Below are positions 16,232 to 28,700 of a stretch of 64,000 bases of DNA, one piece after another; position 1 is the first letter of the stretch; every line of letters starts with the position of its first letter. The position numbers and the translations under genes are program-made. The stretch is from Octopus vulgaris (Eukaryota). The stretch covers positions 21,886,001-21,950,000 of the forward strand of contig OX597829.1 in assembly GCA_951406725.2 (NCBI GenBank), read 5' to 3'. The notes beneath the pieces are model-generated. The model had not been told where the DNA came from, did no database searches, and was given only the letters and a program-made list of their open reading frames with translations.

Positions 16232-16646
16232 GTGTGTGTGTGTGTTTGTGTGTATGCTTGTGTGTGTGTGCATATGTATATATATATATATATATAATGT
16301 ATGCCTATACACATACATATGTATTGCATATATTTATGTATGGTATGTAATTATAATGAGTGTTGTGTGTGTGTGAGATGTTTATGGTATATGTATAGGT
16401 GCGTGTGTGAGAGAGAGGAAACGTGTTAGTGTCTTCTTCTTTTCTTGACATTTGTATATTGGTTATAAAAAAAAAACTAAGTCACTGTTCATACAATGTT
16501 CTACGAAAACATGTCTGGCCTTTAAGCTGCTTGTCGTATGAAAGGATTCAGGAAAAATACATCCTTGCCTAGAATTAGGAGAGGGGTGGCATATATTTAT
16601 GTACTAACTGCATAATTTGCATATTTTTGTATTAATAATAATAGCT

Positions 16647-16970
16647 TGGAAGGTGTTTATAAGCCATTTAAGAAACACACAAAAACCATTAGATTCACTT
16701 CAACATTTAAATTTAATTTGCCAAAATATTTTCATTGCTTTGAGACCGCAACCGATTCACTGACAAAATTCCATGCTGAATTTTGTCAGTGAACAGGTCG
16801 TGGTCTGAAAGTGCTGAAAATATTTTGGCAAATTAAATTTAAATGTTGTAGTGAATCTTATGGTTTTTGTGTGTTTCTTAAATGGCTTATAAACACCTTC
16901 CACACTGCAACTGTTTTCATTGCAGCACACGATCTCAGATCTGGTCACTTGCTATGCAAGTACATCTCCA
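16647..16970. mobile_element. Fold-back element with ~125-bp arms (family also at 58902-59079)
   Basis: 16647-16771 inverted at 16778-16902 around a 6-nt loop; shared tail cacttgctatgcaagtacatctcca. Confidence 0.85.
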
Positions 16971-17032
16971 ATAACAGCTTGTTATAAAGTAAACAGTAAA
17001 TCTTTACATATATGTATTCGTCTGATTTCCAG

Positions 17033-17137
17033 ATGCATGGCTGGTCACATGAAAACATCAATAACTTCCTTGGGGCAAGTGTTGATCCTCCAAACATGTG
17101 CGTCTTGTTTAAGTTTTGTACCAAAGGAAGCTTAAAG
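17033..17137 (+). CDS. Receptor guanylyl cyclase exon, kinase-homology domain
   Basis: ttccag/gtaata, 105 nt; MHGWSHENINNFLGASVDPPNMCVLFKFCTKGSLK (HxNxxxFxGAxxDPPN...CxxGSL motif). Confidence 0.93.
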
Positions 17138-18691
17138 GTAATATAGTAACTATCACACTCATAGCTCAAAATCAGAGGTAAAAATCATACTCAGTTACAG
17201 TACCATCACTTGGCAGCTGGATCATCATCACCATCATCATTATCATCAACATTTAATCTCTATTTTCCATGCTGGCATGGGTCGGACGGCTTGACAGGAA
17301 CTGGTAAGGCCAGGGGCTGCACCAGGTTTCATAGTCTGGATATATTTTTTGGCAAAATAACCCTTTATGTAAATAAATATGTCAATTTTTGCCCTGATAA
17401 GATTATTTATCTTCTAAATTTTTAATTGTAAAATATGAATGAAGGTAGATATTGAAATGCATGAAGGTGTTATGAGATTGGCCATTATGTAAATAAATTG
17501 ATTTTGCTCTGTTCAAACTCTCCATTTTCTTTATATTAAATATATATATATGCCTTCATACATACATACATACATACATACATACATACATACATACATA
17601 CATACATACATACATACATACATACATACATACATACATACATACATACATACATACATACATACATACATACATACATACATACATACATACATACATA
17701 AATACATACATACATACATACGTGTGTGTATGTCTGTTTTCCATTTGTGCATTTACTGTTATGTTTTTTAAGTTTTATATATATATACATACATACACAC
17801 ACACATACATACATACATACATACATGCATACATACATACATATATACATACATACATACATACATACATAATACATACATACATACATATATATGTATA
17901 TATATATATATATATCATCATCATCATCATCATATATATATATATATATGAAAAATAAGAATATGGAAATATAGCATTTAATGAAATGCTATCATCACAG
18001 AGTCTGCTGTGATGATTCTATAATACAACGCATAAAAAACCTAAGGGTATACCTTTTCCTACTCCTCTGAAGCAATTTTGCCTCCGAAAATGATTTTAAT
18101 AATATTTATTTAATCTTTATTGAATTTTACTGAAAGAGCTGTAAGAGACTGTTTTTGATTTTTGCTGATAATAAATCTTTATTATCAGCAAATCTTTATT
18201 ATCCATTTTCATATTTTTCATTTGAATGATTATAAACCATGGTCTATATTTTACAAATATTATTATCCCCAATAAATAATTCATTGGATAATACCATCCC
18301 TTAAAGAGGCTAATTTAACCTCTAATTGAATGTGCTTATGTATATATTAATGAGTAAGGTTAATATTTATAATGAATTTGCCAGTGCACACCCATCGAGG
18401 TTATATCAGCCGAAGCGTTGTGTTAACAACAAACAAGATGAGGACAAATATCCGTCGAATGTAAATAATGTACATAATTCTTCATCTCTTAAATATAGAA
18501 CTGTGAGACCTGATATTGTTTTGTTAGTGTCTGGCTTGAACTCTCTTAAATATGGCAAATTCATTATAAATATTAACCTTACTCATTAATTTAATTGCAA
18601 ATCTTAATGGGAAACTTTTGCTATACCCCTGCTTGAAATTTGGTGGCATTGGGTGTGGCAGCGCACCCAGTACAACAACCACCATACACCA

Positions 18692-18736
<45 letters not shown>

Positions 18737-19256
18737 ACCATCATCATCATCATCATCATCATCATAGTTTAACGTCCGTTTTCCGTGCTAGCATGGGTTG
18801 GACGGTTCGACCGGGGTCTGGGAAGCCAGGGGCTGCACCAGGCTCCAGTCTGATCTAGCAGAGTTTCTACAGTTGGATACCTTTCCTAATGCCAACCACT
18901 CCGAGAGTGTAGTGGGTGCTTTTTATGTGCCACCGGCACAGGTGCCAGGGGAGTCTGGCATCGGCCACGATCGGTTGGTGCTTTTAATGTGTCACCGGCA
19001 CGGAAGCCAGTCAAGGCATATATATATATTTAATATAAAGAAAATGGAGAGTTTGAACAGAGCAAAATCAATTTATTTACATAATGGCCAATCTCATAAC
19101 ACCTTCATGCATTTCAATATCTACCTTCATTCATATTTTACAATTAAAAATTTGTATGTATGTATGTATGTATGTATGTATTTGTATGTATGTATGTATG
19201 TATGTATTTGTGTGTGTGTATGTATTTGTGTGTGTGTATGTGTGTTGTGTATGTTC

Positions 19257-19287
<31 letters not shown>

Positions 19288-19335
19288 TGTATGTATGTAT
19301 GTATGTATGTATATGTATGTATGTGTGTATGTATT

Positions 19336-19374
<39 letters not shown>

Positions 19375-19469
19375 ATGCATGTGATGTTCTCAGTGAACTT
19401 CCACTCACGTATATATTTATAGAGCTTAATTAGTTTTTAGCTGCAAGAGAATTGACATCGATTTTGTTT

Positions 19470-19995
19470 TAATGTGGAGAGGGATGAAGGAGGAGAGTGA
19501 AAGGAAAAGACAGATTGAAATGGGGGAAGTGTAAGTAAGTGTAGGAGAAGACAGTGAGAAGGAGAGAGAGAGAGAGAGGCAGTTGAGAAGTGATAGACTG
19601 AAGTGAGTGGAGAGAGAAAGAAAAATAGAAAAAAAGAAAGGGGATGGAGAGAGTAACAAAATGAGAGATATAGGCAAAAGGAAAGAGAAAAGAGGGTGGA
19701 AGAGAAACAAAGATAACGAAACACAAGCAAAGGGAGAGAGGGGAGAGATGAGAGTGAGGGGAGAGAAAGGAGAGAGAAGGGAGGGAGAGGGGACGAAAAA
19801 GAGAGAGAAGAGAGGGAGAGAGAGGAGAGAGAGGGAGAGAGAGGAGATAGGGAGAGAGAGGAGATAGGGAGAGAGAGGAGAGAGAGGGAGAGGAAGAGGG
19901 AGAGAGAAGAAAGGGAAAGGTGAGGAAAGGGAGAGAATGAAGAGAAGGAGAGAAAGAGGAGAGAGGAGAGAAAGAGAGGGGATAGGGTGACAAAG
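19470..19995. repeat. Polypurine (GA-rich) low-complexity tract
   Basis: direct inspection. Confidence 0.9.
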
Positions 19996-20328
19996 GTAAG
20001 TGTGTAAATAGATTTAATAAGCTCAGAAGATAACTACTTTTAAAATGTTCCAGGAAATGACATGTTCAAAGAAACTATGTCTGACCAAAGATACGTGTGA
20101 CATTGACTAATCATTTAATCCATAATCATTAGTCAGACAAAATATATTTTGTCAAACTAACGATTATAAATTAACAGTTTATTTTTTATCTGTTGTTCAC
20201 TGTTAGTTGAAACAGTGAGATACCTCTCGCTCCTTATATTTTCCTTGAATGACAGCTTATATCAATTTCAGGAGATAAAAAGAAAGAGGCAAAAGACTAG
20301 ACATCTTGAAGGGATTACTAAATCTTAA

Positions 20329-20585
20329 AAATATAAATGCACCCTTTTAAAGCCTCGCCAGGTTCATGGGCCCGGTTTCCCAGTTTCTATGGCGTATGTG
20401 TTCCCCAGCTGGATGGGATGCCAGTCCATCACAGCGTTACTCATTTTTGCCAGCTGAGTAGACTGGAGCAATGTGAAATGAAGTGTTTTGCTCAAGAACA
20501 CAACGTGTCACCCGGTCCAGGAATCGAAACCACAATCTTACGATCATGGTGCTGACACCCTAACCACTAAGCCTCGCACCTCCAC
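20329..20585 (-). mobile_element. tRNA-derived SINE, family B, with 12-bp TSD
   Basis: ACTAAATCTTAA at 20317-20328 and 20586-20597; minus-strand A box GGCTTAGTGG and B box GGTTTCGATTCC. Confidence 0.88.
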
Positions 20586-20911
20586 ACTAAATCTTAAGTG
20601 TATCTAAAAATAAACAATGGGATTATTGGAAAGAGATTAATAGTTGTTAACTCCATCCAGAACTTGGATTAAGAGAATCTAAAATTAGTCATAGGAAATT
20701 CTGGGAGGAATTACCAGATATTGTGAGACATAATGTTTGGATTAAAAGAATCCAAAAAATAGCTGAAGGAAATTCAGGAAATAATTAACAGATTTTGACC
20801 TGTGCAAAGATGCCAAGCTATCTGTTGATGAAGGATTTATGTAAGCCATACAATTTGTGTATAGAAATGTTACCAAAGTAACATTTCTATACACAAATTA
20901 GGCGCAGAGAT

Positions 20912-21321
20912 AGGCACAGGAGTGACTGTGTGGTAAGTAGCTTGCATACCAACCACATGGTTCCAGGTTCAGTCCCACTGCATGGCACCTTGGGCAAGTG
21001 TCTTCTACTATAGCTTCGGACTGACGAAAGCCTTATGAGTGGATTTGGTAGATGGAAACTGAAAGAAGTCAGTTGTATATATGTGTATATATATATATAT
21101 ATGTATGTATGTGTGTGTATATGTTTGTGTGTCTGTGTTTGTCCCCCAACATCACTTGACAACTGATGCTGGTGTGTTTACGTCCCTTTCACTTAGCGGT
21201 TCAGCAAAAGAGACTGATAGAATAAGCACTAGGCTTACAAAGAATAAGTCCTGGGGTTGATTTCTTCGACTAAAGGTGGTACTCCAGCATGGCCACAGTC
21301 AAATGACTGAAACAAATAAAA
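20912..21321 (+). mobile_element. tRNA-derived SINE, family A, full length
   Basis: ggcacaggagtgactgtgtggtaagtagcttgc...ggttcagtccc head; other copies at 26276-26720, 27290-27605, 38654-39094, 39746-40133, 41636-41880, 43230-43680, 46348-46602, 58585-58863 and 61140-61627. Confidence 0.88.
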
Positions 21322-21324
21322 TGT

Positions 21325-22080
21325 GAGAATTAACAATAAATTCAGCAACAAATTGAATATGCAGGCTGGTGTTCATCAGGGTATGGTTCTTAGCTTCAAC
21401 TTCTAGGCCATGAGAGAGGCGCTGAAGACTGATTGTCCATGGGAACTAATGTTAGGCAATGAACTAGCTCTTATAGCTGAGTCAGTAAAAGAATTAGAGA
21501 GGAAATTCTAATTCTGAAAACAATTTTAAAATACTGAAGATATAAAACAAAAATTTCAATTAGCAGTTGAGAAAATAGAATTCTACCAAGCCTGGGGAGT
21601 CACCATACTTAATATGTAATAAAACACTATGAGGTGAGAAATATATACAGTGTACCTAATGTAAACTAGGAATGTACAAGAGTTGCAGTGGAATCACAGG
21701 CCAATTGACAGAGAAAGCTTTGGTATAGAGTTGATACACAAGAGTAGTTAGCTGTAAGAGTACCCATGATACAAAATCTTTTAAATTTATATGAAATATG
21801 AAGTAGTTGACATTTTCTGTTATTTTGGCAATCTTATTGGTAATGGAAGGTGTTCTGAAAGTATGATAACCTGAGCAGAAATGGAGTGAGAAAAATATTA
21901 GGCAATCCTCATTCCTGCTAGAAACAGCAGCCAAATATCTTTTAAATAACACTATATTAAGATGGTATGGTGTTATTTAAAGAAAAATTCCACAGGAAAA
22001 TGCAGTTTCAGACATACTAAATGGTGGATGGTCATGGCTGGAATACCTTTGATCATAGGTTTGCTGGATTGGGAGCTGAC
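21325..22080 (+). pseudogene. Decayed RTE-type LINE fragment
   Basis: GVHQGMVLS and ..PWELML..ELALIAES..EL RT motifs. Confidence 0.5.
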
Positions 22081-22822
22081 CTAAGTAGCTGCAATACCCC
22101 AATTGTTTTTCAAGAAACAACATCTCTTGGTGTTTATAAACAAAAATCCTGTATATATCTCTTGTCATTTTAAAATCTCATATAAAAATTAAACTGTCTT
22201 TTTGAAGAGGACTAATAAGAATGAAATATATTTAGAGTTATTCGAGAACTACCTAAGATCAAATTCATTTCCTATTGTATTCCATATTTAATTACAATTA
22301 ATTAAAATGCTAGAATTGTTTATCCATCTTTTTCACAAGAATTAGCAATTTAAAAAAAAAAGAATTTGGTCTTGTCACAAATAGTGTGGTTTTAATTAAA
22401 ATACCTCAGGTTACTACAACAAATATGTTGAGATTCAAATACTGAAATTGTATTTTTCTTTTTTGCATATTCCAACTAATTCCAAGAGCTATGAAAGAGA
22501 ATTATAATAAAATGGGTTTCCACATCTTCTCTCCAGATTCCCAATTATAAACACTGCAAGTTATTGAAGTATCCAGAAATTATATAATGCTCCCACTGTT
22601 GTACATACTCATAACATCTTTATATTAGAAACTGAACTTTGCAAATGAAAATCAGCTCACTATGCTCTGATCCACAAATATTCACTAAAACTAAAAATCT
22701 GAAATAAGTCCTGCTGCTTAGAGAGCTTTATATGTTTTGGCTTTGGATACAGTACAGTACCTAAGATTGGATTTGAACTATTATCCCTTCAGGCAAATTT
22801 TGTATCTTTACCTTTTGACCTA

Positions 22823-23386
22823 CAGATTTAAAAAATAATTTTTTGCAACTAAACACTTTCAAACTTTGGACACTGGTAGAATGTGTCATATAAAACATCT
22901 TTCACTCTTAGCATTTTTGAGAAAAACTTATATTTACGAAGTAATTTCACCTTAAAGCAGTCCTATTTCAGTAATTTCAACCAATCAATGACGTGTATTC
23001 AGCTGAATAAAATTACTGCTGTTGTTTGTCAACAACAACTATCGGCAGTGTATTTTTTGTTTGTCACTGTTATTTATGACAACCCTAACCCTAACCCTAA
23101 AACCTTAAAACCAGTACAAACGCACAAACAGTGTCATAAATAACAGTGACAAATGAAATATACACCACCGATAGTTGTTGACAAACAACAGTAGTAATTT
23201 TATTCAGCTGAATACACGTCATTGATTGGTTGAAATTACCGAAATACTACAACTTTAAGGTGAAATTACTTCGTAAATATAAGTTTTTCTCAAAATGCTG
23301 AGAGTAAAAGATGTTTTATATGACACATTCTACCAGTGTCCGAAGTTTGAAATTGTTTAGTTACAAAAAATTATTTTTTAAACCTG
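22823..23386. mobile_element. Tc1/mariner-type MITE with ~260-bp TIRs and a central (CCCTAA)n
   Basis: TA|CAGATTT...AAACCTG|TA; arms 22823-23081 / about 23133-23386. Confidence 0.92.
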
Positions 23387-24079
23387 TAAATCTTAGTAAA
23401 GATCCCAAATTTTTTAGTCCCCCTTTAATTTAAACAGCTGTGCAACTGTCCACTAACTGTGGAGCATATAAACTTGCATGAAATTAAATTTATTTCATAA
23501 ATGGCTTTGTGACAACTTATCTCTTCCAGACACTATACATACAATGTGATTAATGCCATTTATTTTCTGCATGGCACCATAGATAATATTCTTGTACATA
23601 CATCATGGTTGGTACCATTTATCTTTCCTTGGCTTCACTGATGAAATGGATATAAATAATTTGTGAACTCTTCTCACCACCATAATTGATATTGATGTAT
23701 ATACATCATGGGACCATTTAACTCCCTCTGGCGTCAATTACTATGGTGTTGGAAGCTAGCTAAATGGCACTGTAAATGACATTGTTATGCATACATTATA
23801 GCTGACATTACCAGACATAAGAAACTTCATTAAAATTATTTTTAATTTTTTTTCAATTGATTTGAGAAAGAAAAAAATGGAATAAGGTGGGTTATTGTAA
23901 TGTGTAATATCTTCTTTGAACATAGACAGTCCAAATATGTTAGCAATAATGTGTAATAGTCTTCACCAAATTTCCTGTATATAGATAGACCAACTATGAT
24001 AGTGATAATATATAATGCCTTTACCGCTTCACCTGAGTATAGACAGACCAAATACATTATTCATATCTTTAGCTTTTAA

Positions 24080-24535
24080 CCCTTAGCATTCAAATGTAAT
24101 GCTTATTTATTCACATTGTTTTGAATCAAACAGACATTACCTTGTAGCTTTGAGGTTTCAATGATGCAGTTGTTTATTTTGAGAATGACATTGTAACTTT
24201 AGGGTTTTAGGGTTAGGGTTAGGATTTTAGGGTTAGGGTTAGGGTTTTAGAGTTATGGTTAGGGTCGGGGTTAGGGTTTTAGAGTTAGGGTTAGGGTTAG
24301 GGTTTTAGGGTTAGGGTTAGGGTTTTAAAGTTAGGGTTAGGGTTTTAGGGTTTGGGTTAGGGTTTTAGGATTTTAGAGTTAGGGTTAGGGGTTTTAGAGT
24401 AAGGATTAGAGTTAGGGTTTGAGTTACAGAAAAAAGTGAAAAAATGAAGAAATTGGAGAGGGAGAGGAGAGGGGGTAAAATCTGGTCTATTTAAACAGAA
24501 AACTGGAGGATGTGGCCAGTTTAAATGCTAATGGG
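24080..24535. mobile_element. TTAA-flanked (piggyBac-type) MITE containing a telomere-like array
   Basis: TTAA|CCCTTAGCATT...AATGCTAATGGG|TTAA; related units at about 24540-24895 and 35485-35970. Confidence 0.7.
24197..24427 (+). repeat. Interstitial telomeric repeat (TTAGGG with TTTTAGGG/TTAGAG variants)
   Basis: direct inspection. Confidence 0.95.
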
Positions 24536-25136
24536 TTAAGTCAGCCATATCCCACATAAATATTCTACCTGTTTTATATTCAAACTGACCAGATGCATCC
24601 TCTCAACACCCACCCTACAATGACATTCTAAAAGTTTGTAATCCCATCATCAAAATCTCAAAGCTACGAGATAGTATATGACTGATTCAAACCAATGTGA
24701 AAAGATAAACTTTAAATTTAACAGAGTAATCTGAATGCTAAAACGTTTAGTCAGCCATTTCTAACCCAAATATTCTACATTTATCTGGCTAGATCCAGCC
24801 CCTCATAACTTCCCGACAATGACATTCTAAAAATAAGCAATCACATCATTGAAATCTCAAAGCTACAAAGTAATACATGATTAATTCAAAATAATGGTTT
24901 CAAATTTTGGCATAAGGTCACTAATTTTTTTTTTTTTTGGGGGGGGGGGTCGGTTACACCAACCCCTGTATTCAACTGGTGCTTATTTTATCGATCTCAA
25001 GAGGATGAAAGGCAAAGCCAACCTTGGCGGAATTTAAACTCAGAATGCAAAGCATTACATTTGAGTAACATATTGTGTTCTAAAGAGTTAAAAAAAAAAT
25101 TTTTTTTCTATGTTCAATTTTTTTTTTCTTTTACAG

Positions 25137-25208
25137 AACATTCTTGAAAATCCTGATTTTAAGATGGATGCCATGTTTGCCATGTCTTTTGTGTGGGATA
25201 TCATTACA
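25137..25208 (+). CDS. Receptor guanylyl cyclase exon, kinase-homology domain
   Basis: poly-T ttacag/gtatgt, 72 nt; NILENPDFKMDAMFAMSFVWDIIT (cf. DILENxxxxLDxMFxxSxxxDI). Confidence 0.93.
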
Positions 25209-25420
25209 GTATGTATTGTTTTTTCACTCATTTGGTATATGGTTTCACACACAAGCACATACATGGATGCACATACAAACACACATACATGAGCTTGAAA
25301 TCACATATGTACAAATACACACACATATACACATATGCACATGCAAACATATACACATATGCTCACACATACAGATATTATACATACGTATGTCTGTCTG
25401 TCTATCTGTCTATGTGCATA

Positions 25421-25462
<42 letters not shown>

Positions 25463-26275
25463 AATCTATCTACCCCTTCTCTCTCTCTATACAAACATGG
25501 ATGTATACATACATACTACATACTCACACACACACACACATACACATGTACACATGCACACATGCACACACACATCAACTGAGTTAACGAAGTAATTCAT
25601 CTGGAATTTCTATTTAAAAATGTAGGTTTAAGTTTTAGTTACATTTGCAGTATAAAATTAATCTACAAAGGCTTCAAATCTTGATTTTTGAATCTAAACA
25701 TATATCTTAATTTATGTTGTATCAAAACCAACACTTATAAAACAACAATTATGATAAAAATATATCATCAAAGTTATAAAGGTCTTTACTTAGCAATAAG
25801 AATGATATTTCAACTATCACAGAGGCATCAGAGTGTGACACTCACCATTAAATGTTTACTGTCCAGATAAGTCTTTAACAACCATTTTATTATAGCAGTA
25901 CTTTATATTCAAAACCATGATGGTCTCATAATAGGCAAAAGCCACGTCAAATTTCTATACTTGGAAGCAACATTTCACATCAGGTAACATTAGCCAACTT
26001 TTGATCAATCTCTGTCCTGGCATATTTGTATGGGTAAGAAGAGCAATGGAAAGATTTGCATGAAATAATGGTCACAATCTGACATGTGCAGGAAATACAT
26101 ATCAGAGAGAAGAGTGAGTTTGGCAGAGGTCAGTAGAGATATTCTTGGCTTTTTGGCAGCCAAGCTACTTGGTCTCATATTAAAAGATCACTTCACCAAA
26201 TTTGAAGACATATTTTCTCATCTCTTTCCATACATAGACACACTCCAGGCATTCAGCTGAATAGTTTCAGCAAGT

Positions 26276-26443
26276 AGGCGCAGGAGTGGCTGTGTGGTAA
26301 GTAGCTTGCTTATGAACCACATGGTTCCGGGTTCATTCCCATTGTGTGGCACCTTGGGCAAGTGTCTTCTACTATAGCCCCGGGCCGACCAAAGCCTTGT
26401 GAGTGGATTAGGTAGATGGAAACTGAAAGAAGCCTGTCATATA

Positions 26444-26499
<56 letters not shown>

Positions 26500-26720
26500 G
26501 TGTGTCTGTGTTTGTCCCCCCCCCCAAAAAATGTCGCTTGACAACCGATGCTGGTGTGTTTATGTCCCCGTAACTTAGCGGTTCGGCAAAAGATACCGAT
26601 AGAATAAGTACTAGGCTTACAAAGAATAAGTCCTGGGGTTGATTTGGTCGACTAAAGGCGGTGCTCCAGCATGGCCACAGTCAAATGCCTGAAACAAGTA
26701 AAAGAGTAAAAGAGAGTAAA
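26276..26720 (+). mobile_element. tRNA-derived SINE, family A, full length
   Basis: ggcgcaggagtggctgtgtggtaagtagc head, (GT)n middle, (aaagagt)n tail. Confidence 0.9.
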
Positions 26721-27313
26721 GTAATCATTGTAATTTTGTTATATAAATAAATGTGATTCATTGAAAACCAAATATCATGACTTGGTTTTATATGTGAACA
26801 ATACGCAAAACTGAACAAACATCCAGCTCCTAGCTACCATATTCTGCACTATTAACCAATGCATTAATACTGTTAAAACACCTTACTAACTAACAGTCTT
26901 GGTTGATAAAATTTAGGCAATTTATTTTTACTGCTGGTAAATATTGATTAGTGTACATCAGTTACGTTTGCTGTGTTGTTGTTTTAAACTACAAGGTGGC
27001 CTAAAGTCACATGCCATCCTGCAATATGTGAAATTGCTAACATTCTCTTTTTTTTTATCTCTTTCCACAACTGCTGATATTATTCACAAACCAATCCTTA
27101 TTGAATGAAGGCAGATAATCAACAAGGTGGGGGCAAGGTAATGGTGTAGTGTGGGATTTGGCACAATCAAATAATTGGACCATTTTATTTTGAAGGTTCT
27201 GTGACCGGTGATTCATATCTGAACATGCTTGGCAACAAGATAATGCCTCACATGCATTCACTTGGAAGGGAAAATCCTGTCTGATTTCAGCTGGATGGAA
27301 ACTGAAAGAAGCC

Positions 27314-27351
<38 letters not shown>

Positions 27352-28365
27352 TGTATGTATGGATGTGTGTGTATATGTTTGTGTGTCTGTGTGTCTGTGT
27401 TTGTCCCCCCAACATCATTTGACAACTGATGCTGGTGTGTCTATGTCCCCGTAACTTAGTGGTTCAGCAAAAGAACCTGATAAAATAAGTACTAGGCTTA
27501 CAAAGAATAAGTCTTGGGGTTGATTTGCTCAACTAAAGGTGGTGCCCCAGCATGGCCACAGTCAAATGACTGAAACAAGTAAAAGAATAAAAGAGTAAAA
27601 GAGTATAAAGATGCTGTACGGCAAGGATTAATTCTCAAAAATAAGCATCATGTTTTGGAATTAAATTCTATAATTTTTTTGTACCATTGTAGCACAGTCT
27701 TGAAATAAAGACACCCCTATCACACATGAGTTTCGATTCATCTTTCTCATTAAATCACAATATCTAACATAACCTCTTAAGTAATATAATTCTTATCATT
27801 ATTTCGATGTTATTGTTGTTGATCATGTTGTTATTGTTGATGTTGTTGAAGTTTAAACCCCAAATCAGCATTCATTAAGAACAACTTTGATCAAAAGTAT
27901 TCCAACATGACCTTCTTGTCTTTTATCAGGCATTGTATAGCTCTTATCTGCCTTATCTAATGTATTCTTTATTTAAGAAGGCAGAGTTTGAGGGTCATTT
28001 GACTGCTATTCCTAGCAGGCTTGATGTCCAAATAAGTGGCTTTTCTAATGGTGTCTTTTATTATCATAATACCTTGTTTTGGTAAAGTATTCCAGAAAGC
28101 TCTAGAGGAGCTAATGAGAAAGATTTGATTGCTATTTCTAGCAGTCTTGATGATAGTTAGATTTTCCTTCCCTAGCTTGTTTCATTTTAATTGTGTCCTT
28201 GTTTTTGTAGAATATTCCTGAAAGTTCTTTGGAGATCAAGTTTGTTAGAATAAAGTTTTAAATTGAGTTGAGACTTATTGAGAAATGGGGTTTAAGATCT
28301 AATCTTAAAGGGAACCGTAGTAGATGTTGCCCGTGGATAAAATACCAGGACAAGGGGACCTCTGG

Positions 28366-28700
28366 ATGGCTCAGTGGTTAGAGTGTCAGGCTCACAATCA
28401 TGAAGTTGTGAGATCAGTTCCCGGACAGGGCTGTGTTTTGTGTTCTTGAGCAAGAGACTTTATTTCACATTGCTCCAGTTCACTCAGCAGTAGAAATGAA
28501 TTGCAGTGTCTCTGGTGCCAAGCTGTATAAGCCTTTGCCTTTCCTCTGGATAGCATCGGTCATATAAAGAGGGGAGGCTTGTATGCATGGGTTACTGCTG
28601 GTCTTCTGTAAACAACTTTACCTGAACTTGTGCTTGGAGGGGAACATTCTAGCTGCAATCCCATGGTCATTCATAACTGACAGGAGTCTAAAACCTTCCC
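28366..28700 (+). mobile_element. tRNA-derived SINE, family B-related
   Basis: tggctcagtggttagag head, ttgagcaag..actttatttcacattgctccag core; similar at 29243-29570, 34790-35050, 41265-41600 and 47485-47755 (-). Confidence 0.75.

Noticed and set aside
24197-24427. True chromosome end
   Set aside because: Short, degenerate, and flanked on both sides by in-frame exons of one gene
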